A stretch of 24,000 nt of DNA, taken from the NCBI RefSeq assembly GCF_029626105.1, contig NZ_JARUBH010000009.1, forward strand, positions 6,666,011 to 6,690,010, read 5' to 3'. The DNA comes from Solwaraspora sp. WMMD792 (GTDB taxonomy: Bacteria; Actinomycetota; Actinomycetes; Mycobacteriales; Micromonosporaceae). This document shows positions 19,123 through 24,000 of the stretch, piece after piece (position 1 is the stretch's first letter; each line of letters begins with the position of its first letter). The position numbers and the translations under genes are program-made. Below the pieces are notes generated by a model that saw only the letters and a list, made by a program, of their open reading frames with translations, ran no database searches and was not told the DNA's origin.

Positions 19123-19155
19123 TGACCGGTCAGTCGGCGGTACCGCAGCGGCCGG

Positions 19156-19482
19156 TCAGATCGGCCCCCGGTCGCCGTGCACCGGCATGGTCGGTGCCGG
19201 GGTGGTGGTCGCCGCAGCAGGTGCAGCGGTGGTCGCCGCAGTGGGCCAGGGCGGCGCGGTCGGCGGCTCCTCCGGCATCAGGAACCAGATCACCGGGTAG
19301 GTCAGCGCGGCCAGGCCGCCGGTCAGTACGGTGACCACCGCGAAGATCACCCGGACCAGGGTGGGGTCGGCGTCGAAGTAGCGGCCGAGGCCGCTGGCGA
19401 CACCGGCGATCATGCGGTCCGTGGTGGGTCGCCGGAGCTGCTTGTACGGGGCCTGAGCTGTGGGGTTCTGGGAGGTCGTCAT
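19156..19482 (-). CDS. PspC-domain membrane protein (108 aa)
   Basis: KQLRRPTTDRMIAGVASGLGRYFDADPTLVRVIFAVVTVLTGGLAALTYPVIWFLMP is the PspC/phage-shock C domain signature. It is followed by a Pro/Thr/Ala-rich tail. Confidence 0.8.
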   Translation of the reverse strand: MTTSQNPTAQAPYKQLRRPTTDRMIAGVASGLGRYFDADPTLVRVIFAVVTVLTGGLAALTYPVIWFLMPEEPPTAPPWPTAATTAAPAAATTTPAPTMPVHGDRGPI

Positions 19483-19651
19483 GCTTCAACGGTCCGCGCG
19501 GCGGTCCTCGGCGACCTCGGTGACCCCCCGGATCAATACCCTGATCCGTCCCGGAATGCGGCTCTAGGTAGTCAAGTAGTTACCTAGAATACTGTCGCCA
19601 ATCTGACAGTCGTCCGCGCCGACTGGCTACTTGCGGGCAGAATTCGGACTC

Positions 19652-20596
19652 GTGACTCCCGCCCTAGAGCCGCTTCGCAGGATCGCGGCATACGCTGTCT
19701 GTGCCGATTCGGAGGACCGGGTTCTGCTGGTCCGCGCCTCTCCGCGCTCTGGTACACCCGGGGTGTGGTCGCTGCCGGGAGGAGCAGTGGACCACGGGGA
19801 GGATCCCAACCACACCGTCGTCCGGGAGACCGCTGCGGAAACTGGCATTTCGGTCGCGGTCACCGGGTTGCGGGACGTCCTCGCCGACATGCGCTCCCTT
19901 CCCCGGCGCGGCATCACCCTGCACACCGACCGGTTGATCTACGACGCGTCGATCCGTGGCGGACAGATCTGCCACCGGATCAACCAGCCCACCGACCTCG
20001 CCCGGTGGTGCAGCCTGGACGAGGCGAAGCAACTGCCGCTGCGTCCGTTCACCGCCAGCGCTCTCGGTCTGCCGCCGGAGACGATCGACCTGCGGCCGGA
20101 CACCGCTCCCGACTTCCCGTCGTTCTACGCCGTACCTGGGCCGGACGGGCTGCACCGGGCGCAACGGTTCGCGGCGTACGCGGTCGCCACCGATCCGGCC
20201 CGGCGGGTCCTGCTGACCCGGATCGCGCCCGGCTACCCGGGTGCCGGTCGGTGGCATCTGCCCGGCGGTGGCACCGACTACGGCGAGCAGCCCGGCACGG
20301 CGCTGATCCGCGAGCTGGTCGAGGAGACCGGCCAGCGTGGCCGGCTGGTCCGGCTGCTCGGCGTGGCCAGCCACCGGGACGCGGCCTCGCTCGGTCCGGA
20401 GGGCTACCCGATCGACTGGCACGGGGTGCGCGCCTTCTATCAGGTGGAGGTGGACCGCCCGTCCCTGCCGATCGTCACTGACATCGGTGGGTCGACCTCG
20501 GAGGCCCGCTGGTTCGCCCGGACGGATCTGGCAGCCATCCGGTCGGAGTTGACCGAGGTGACCGCCGAGGCGGTCGGAGCCGCCCAGCTGGTCTGA
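19652..20596 (+). CDS. Tandem-Nudix hydrolase (two Nudix domains in one polypeptide)
   Basis: Box 1 is GGAVDHGEDPNHTVVRETAAETGI. Box 2 is GGGTDYGEQPGTALIRELVEETGQ. Each is preceded by (R)(I/F)AAYAV...RVLL(V/T)R. The start is GTG 19652 or TTG 19631. Confidence 0.8.
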   Translation: MTPALEPLRRIAAYAVCADSEDRVLLVRASPRSGTPGVWSLPGGAVDHGEDPNHTVVRETAAETGISVAVTGLRDVLADMRSLPRRGITLHTDRLIYDASIRGGQICHRINQPTDLARWCSLDEAKQLPLRPFTASALGLPPETIDLRPDTAPDFPSFYAVPGPDGLHRAQRFAAYAVATDPARRVLLTRIAPGYPGAGRWHLPGGGTDYGEQPGTALIRELVEETGQRGRLVRLLGVASHRDAASLGPEGYPIDWHGVRAFYQVEVDRPSLPIVTDIGGSTSEARWFARTDLAAIRSELTEVTAEAVGAAQLV

Positions 20597-20603
20597 CCCT
20601 GAC

Positions 20604-20640
20604 CCCGGCGGTGCCTCCGACGCTCGGCGGCGCCGCCGGG
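20604..20640 (+). terminator. GC-rich hairpin downstream of the Nudix gene
   Basis: CCCGGCGGTGCC (20604-20615) pairs with GGCGCCGCCGGG (20629-20640) at 11/12, with a 13-nt loop and no U-tract. Confidence 0.4.
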
Positions 20641-20654
20641 AAGGCCGTGGTCGG

Positions 20655-20691
20655 CGCTAGCTCCAGCTAGCGCTGCTTGCTTGAGCTAGCG
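20655..20691. promoter_or_regulatory. Three copies of the AGCTAGCG motif (18-bp palindrome plus a third copy)
   Basis: CGCTAGCT-CC-AGCTAGCG at 20655-20672 has perfect 8-bp inverted arms. A further AGCTAGCG lies at 20684-20691. All sit in the long intergenic region upstream of pssA. Confidence 0.35.
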
Positions 20692-20847
20692 TATCGCCGT
20701 GAGTAGGTGACCGGTTTGGCCCGGACGAACCGGCATAACTCAGACTGATCTCTCGCCATCCCGCGTCGGCTGTGCAATGGTGTAGGCCGCATAATCGGGC
20801 GTCCGGCGCAAGTTGCGCGGGACGACCGACCGATGATGGAGGGATCC

Positions 20848-21906
20848 GTGGCGAGAGCCCCGTGGCGGCGGCGGCGTACGACTGACAGTCCCCGGCCGGC
20901 AGGACGTCAATGGGCGGGCCGTCGATGGACCGGTCCGCTTCGTCGTAGTGGCAGCCTGGCCCGCCAGGTCCTGCTGGTGCGGGTCGGCCGCAGCGGCAGC
21001 GACCGGCTCCGGTTCGGCCGGCGGTCGGCGGACTCCGTCGGGCGGTACCGGGTCGACCCGCTGACGGCGGCCGAGATCGCCGCGATCGCTCCGCTCAGCC
21101 CGGCGGTCGGTCCGGTCGGTCCGGCACCTGCCACCGGCGTCGAGGACCACCCGATCACCCCTGACGACCACACCGCCACGGCGGACAGCCGGCCCGGCGT
21201 GCTGCCGCCGGCTCCCGTACCGCTGCTGCCCGGCACCCCGACGGCCGCCCGGCGGGCCGGCTTCGTGCTGGTCAACTCGACCACGCTGGCCAGCCTCACG
21301 CTCGGTCTCACCGCCATCTTCCTGGCGATGGAAGGCGACGTACGCCCGGCTGCGGCCTGCCTGATCGCCTGCGTGGTCTTTGACGGACTCGACGGGGCGC
21401 TGGCCCGCCGGCTCGGGGTGGCGAGCCCGTTCGGCGCGCAGATGGACTCACTCGCCGACATGTGCTCGTTCGGGCTCGCCGCCCCGGTCGTCGTCTACGC
21501 CTCGCTGGCCGGCTCGGTCTCCACCACCGCCGCGGCGGTCGCCTGCGCCCTGGTCGCCGGCTGCGCAGCGATCCGGCTGGCCCGGTTCAACGTGTCGCCG
21601 TGCGACGGCCGGTTCTTCACCGGCGTACCGACCACACTGGCCGCCGCCGTCCTCGGTCTCGGCGTGCTGATCGACGTCCCGATCCCCGGCGGTGCGCAGC
21701 TGGCGGTCGTGGCGCTGCTGGCCTTCGCGATGGTCTCCAGCTTCCCGTACGCGAAGCTGGCCCGGCTGATCAAGCTGCCGCCGTGGCTGTGGGTCGTGCC
21801 GGTGGTCGGCGCGTTGATCGACGCCCGGCTGACCTTCGGCCTGATCGTGCTGGCCTACCTGGTGAGCGGGCCGTTGCTCTGGCTGCACCAGCGGCGGGCC
21901 ACCTGA
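20848..21906 (+). CDS. pssA: CDP-diacylglycerol--serine O-phosphatidyltransferase (PssA) with a long Arg/Pro-rich N-terminal extension
   Basis: The CDP-alcohol phosphatidyltransferase motif is DGLDGALARRLGVASPFGAQMDSLADM, followed by multiple TM helices. The start is uncertain: GTG 20848 follows GGAGGG (20838-20843), ATG 20833 is the track start, and GC3 becomes gene-like only from about 20950 (GTG 20977). Confidence 0.8.
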   Translation: MARAPWRRRRTTDSPRPAGRQWAGRRWTGPLRRSGSLARQVLLVRVGRSGSDRLRFGRRSADSVGRYRVDPLTAAEIAAIAPLSPAVGPVGPAPATGVEDHPITPDDHTATADSRPGVLPPAPVPLLPGTPTAARRAGFVLVNSTTLASLTLGLTAIFLAMEGDVRPAAACLIACVVFDGLDGALARRLGVASPFGAQMDSLADMCSFGLAAPVVVYASLAGSVSTTAAAVACALVAGCAAIRLARFNVSPCDGRFFTGVPTTLAAAVLGLGVLIDVPIPGGAQLAVVALLAFAMVSSFPYAKLARLIKLPPWLWVVPVVGALIDARLTFGLIVLAYLVSGPLLWLHQRRAT

Positions 21907-21916
21907 CCCTCAGTCA

Positions 21917-21938
21917 CCGGCCGGCCCCGACCGGCCGG
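21917..21938. terminator. Hairpin between convergent pssA and psd
   Basis: CCGGCCGG (21917-21924), loop CCCCGA, CCGGCCGG (21931-21938). The two self-complementary octamers can pair as an 8-bp GC stem. Confidence 0.35.
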
Positions 21939-21949
21939 CCCTCTGCGGG

Positions 21950-23203
21950 TCAGCGCCAGCGGGCGATCACTGAGCTGCCACCGGCCACCCGGTCACCCGG
22001 CCCGACCAGCGCCTCGGCGGCGTCCGCCGGCAGGTAGACGTCGGTGCGGGATCCGAACCTGATCAGCCCGAACCGCTCACCCTTGGCGAGCAGACTGCCG
22101 ACCGGGGCGCGGTGCACGATCCGGCGGGCCACCATCCCGGTACGCTGCGCGACCACCACCCGGCCCCGAGCGGTCTCCAGCACCGTGTACGCGGCGACGT
22201 TGTGCTCCGCGGCCGGCTTCATCGCGGCGGCGAAACCCCCGTCGGTGACGAAGTGGTCGACCACCCGGCCGGCGACCGGACTGCGGTTGACGTGCACGTC
22301 GAGCACCGAGAGGAAGACCGCGATCCGTAGGAACCCGGCGGCACCGAGTCGTTCGTCGTGCACCCGTTCCACCGACAGCACCCGGCCGTCGCTCGCCGCG
22401 ACCACGGCGGTCGGGTCCTCCGGTACGTCGCGTTGCGGGTCGCGGAAGAACGCGGCGACCGGGCCGGCGGCCAACGCTGGCAGCAGCCAGAGCCGGCTCT
22501 TCGGCCGGGCCAGCCGGGTCGCGGCGGCCAGCCCGAGGGCGATCCCGGCGGCGGCCACGCCGCTGGAGTCGATGTGCATCCCCCGGGTCAGCGGAACGCT
22601 GCTGGTCCGGAACGCCGGCCCGAGCTTGGCGGCCCGGTCGACCGGTGCCGGGGTGAACCGCAGCCGGTGCACCCGCAGCGGCGGGACGTTGCGCAGCACC
22701 AGGTCACTGCCGACGCCGAAGAGCGCCGCCTGCCGATCCAACTCGGCGGCCGCACCGGAGGTGCCGCCCGGCAGCGCCGCGACGGCCACGGACAGTACGG
22801 CGCCTTCGGTGAGGTACTTGCCGTAGCCGTCGATCATCGTGCGGGCCTGTTCACCACTTCCGGTGAGGACGGTTCCGACGATCAGTAGATCGGCCGGGTC
22901 GGCGGCCGACACCGTCTCGATCACCCGGACCCGTTCGTCGACCCACGGGCCGTGACTGGCGATCTCCGCCCGCAGTTGTGCCGTCTGGTCGACGCTGGCC
23001 GGCACCACGGTCATCGTGTCGCCGGGCAGCAGTGCGTCGATGGCGGCGTCGACCACCCTCGCTCCCGGAACCACCTCGACCAGCAGGACGTGCTTCGCCG
23101 CGTTGTCCCGGGCGAGTTCGGCGGACAGCGCTCGGGCGGCGCGCTCGCCGATGTCGACGCGGGTGCGAAGCACGGAAGCGACTGGTACGGGGGTGTCGGA
23201 CAT
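21950..23203 (-). CDS. psd: Phosphatidylserine decarboxylase proenzyme fused to an N-terminal ~205-aa Rossmann/methyltransferase-like domain (417 aa)
   Basis: The C-terminal ~210 aa reads FFRDPQRDVP...VVAASDGRVLSV...IAVFLSVLDVHVNRSPVAGRVV...GMVARRIVHRAPVGSLLAKGERFGLIRFGSRTDVYLP, collinear with Mtb Psd (recalled). There is no stop between it and ATG 23203 (MSDTPVPVASVLRTRV...), which is preceded by GAGGAG. GC3 is high throughout. An internal ATG at 22579 would give a stand-alone 209-aa Psd. Confidence 0.8.
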   Translation of the reverse strand: MSDTPVPVASVLRTRVDIGERAARALSAELARDNAAKHVLLVEVVPGARVVDAAIDALLPGDTMTVVPASVDQTAQLRAEIASHGPWVDERVRVIETVSAADPADLLIVGTVLTGSGEQARTMIDGYGKYLTEGAVLSVAVAALPGGTSGAAAELDRQAALFGVGSDLVLRNVPPLRVHRLRFTPAPVDRAAKLGPAFRTSSVPLTRGMHIDSSGVAAAGIALGLAAATRLARPKSRLWLLPALAAGPVAAFFRDPQRDVPEDPTAVVAASDGRVLSVERVHDERLGAAGFLRIAVFLSVLDVHVNRSPVAGRVVDHFVTDGGFAAAMKPAAEHNVAAYTVLETARGRVVVAQRTGMVARRIVHRAPVGSLLAKGERFGLIRFGSRTDVYLPADAAEALVGPGDRVAGGSSVIARWR

Positions 23204-23279
23204 GGCGGGCGGGCTCCTCGCGGCAATGGTGGGACGCGGACCCAGCATAGGTGCACCACCGGTGGGCTGCAGCGGGCCG

Positions 23280-23627
23280 TCAACCACCCGACCCGCTGGG
23301 CGGGGTAGCCGGCTGGTCGGGCGCGAGCTCGCCGGGCGCGGCGGCGTCGGGCGTCCGGGCGTCGGCGTCCGCCGGTCCGCCGCTGTGCTCGTCGGCGTCC
23401 GCCGGCCCGTTGTCCTGGCCAGCGGTGCCAGCGGGAGGTTCGCGGCGGCCGGACCGCAAAGCACCGACCAACCCGAGTACGCCGATCAGGATCAGCCCGC
23501 CGGCGACGATCCAGCCGACTCGAGGCAGCGGTAGGTTGACTGACTGGGCGATCAACCACCAACCGGCGATCAGGAGGAAGATCAGCCCGAAGGTGAGGGA
23601 GACGCCGTCGGTACGATGCCGTTTCAT
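23280..23627 (-). CDS. Small membrane protein (2 TM helices, acidic/Pro-rich tail, 115 aa)
   Basis: MKRHRTDGVSLTFGLIFLLIAGWWLIAQSVNLPLPRVGWIVAGGLILIGVLGLVGAL... ATG at 23627 overlaps the upstream stop (ATGA) and follows GGAGG. Confidence 0.6.
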   Translation of the reverse strand: MKRHRTDGVSLTFGLIFLLIAGWWLIAQSVNLPLPRVGWIVAGGLILIGVLGLVGALRSGRREPPAGTAGQDNGPADADEHSGGPADADARTPDAAAPGELAPDQPATPPSGSGG

Positions 23628-24000
23628 CGGATGACCTCCAAGTCGCCAGCGTTGATTTCGATCCGCAGGGTGAGTTCGCCGCCGCCGGTGCCGTCCGATC
23701 CGAGGTCCTCCACGACGCGGCTGCCCTGCTCGAAGCCGTCCCAGCGGTGGCCGAGCACGGACGCGTTGCCGGCGTTCATGTCGGTCACGGTCCGGACGTC
23801 GACCTCGTCCGGCAGGTAGACGCGGAGTTTGCCGAACGACAGCGAGACCGTCACGTCCTTCTGGCGGTCGGTGAAGTCCACGCCGCGCAGGTCCAGTACG
23901 GCGTCGCCGAATGTCGCCGCGTACCGCGAATCCACCTGGCCGTAGGTTGCCGGTTTCCACACCACCGGCTCCGACGTGGCCTCCTTGGCCGACTCGACGA
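23624..24000 (-). CDS. LiaF-like / DUF2154-type cell-envelope stress protein, C-terminal part (gene runs off the right edge)
   Basis: The frame is open to the window edge (..VESAKEATSEPVVWKPATYGQVD..). The repetitive beta-strand pattern FGDAVLDLRGVDF...VSLSFGKLRVYLPDEVDV...ELTLRIEINAGDLEVIR resembles LiaF C-terminal domains. Confidence 0.5.
   Translation of the reverse strand, partial: VESAKEATSEPVVWKPATYGQVDSRYAATFGDAVLDLRGVDFTDRQKDVTVSLSFGKLRVYLPDEVDVRTVTDMNAGNASVLGHRWDGFEQGSRVVEDLGSDGTGGGELTLRIEINAGDLEVIR

Noticed and set aside
20597-20832. Possible tRNA or small structured RNA in the long intergenic region upstream of pssA.
   Set aside because: I could find no cloverleaf, no T-loop (GTTCGAATC-like) and no known riboswitch core by eye. 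Only short palindromes are present, and these are reported as a low-confidence finding rather than an RNA gene.
23204-23464. Further N-terminal extension of the psd-fusion ORF (start at 23464).
   Set aside because: The translation is Pro/Arg/Thr-rich and overlaps the 3' end of the small membrane-protein gene (23280-23627). ATG 23203 has a GAGGAG SD.

Overview
High-GC actinobacterial chromosomal DNA. Protein sequences and composition look Micromonosporaceae-like, which is inference only. The backbone is a conserved housekeeping and developmental locus: groES-groEL1 with two CIRCE operators, a membrane-anchored molybdoenzyme, whiD/whiB3, a bldM-like LuxR regulator, DUF5319, guaB, guaB3, then choD and guaA. 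From memory, this order matches M. tuberculosis Rv3418c-Rv3409c plus guaA and S. coelicolor SCO4761-4771. About 6.2 kb sits between guaB3 and choD that is absent from those reference loci. It holds an M1 metallopeptidase lipoprotein translationally coupled to guaB3, and a secreted CBM2-GH62 arabinofuranosidase with a CebR/CelR-type operator inside its promoter. It also holds a visibly lower-GC cassette: an internally duplicated protein of unknown function, a SULT-like sulfotransferase, a 5'-truncated GntR remnant and a mazEF-type toxin-antitoxin pair. The right third carries a PspC-domain protein, a tandem-Nudix protein, pssA, a psd gene fused in frame to an unassigned ~205-aa Rossmann/methyltransferase-like N-terminal domain, a small membrane protein and a LiaF-like gene running off the edge. 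I found no rRNA, tRNA, CRISPR array, integrase or transposase. The best candidates for something undescribed are the unknown-protein plus sulfotransferase cassette, the MTase-like::Psd fusion, and the BldM-like regulator with a degenerate receiver and a 15-bp coding tandem repeat. All family assignments come from reading the translations and from recalled motifs. No database search was run.
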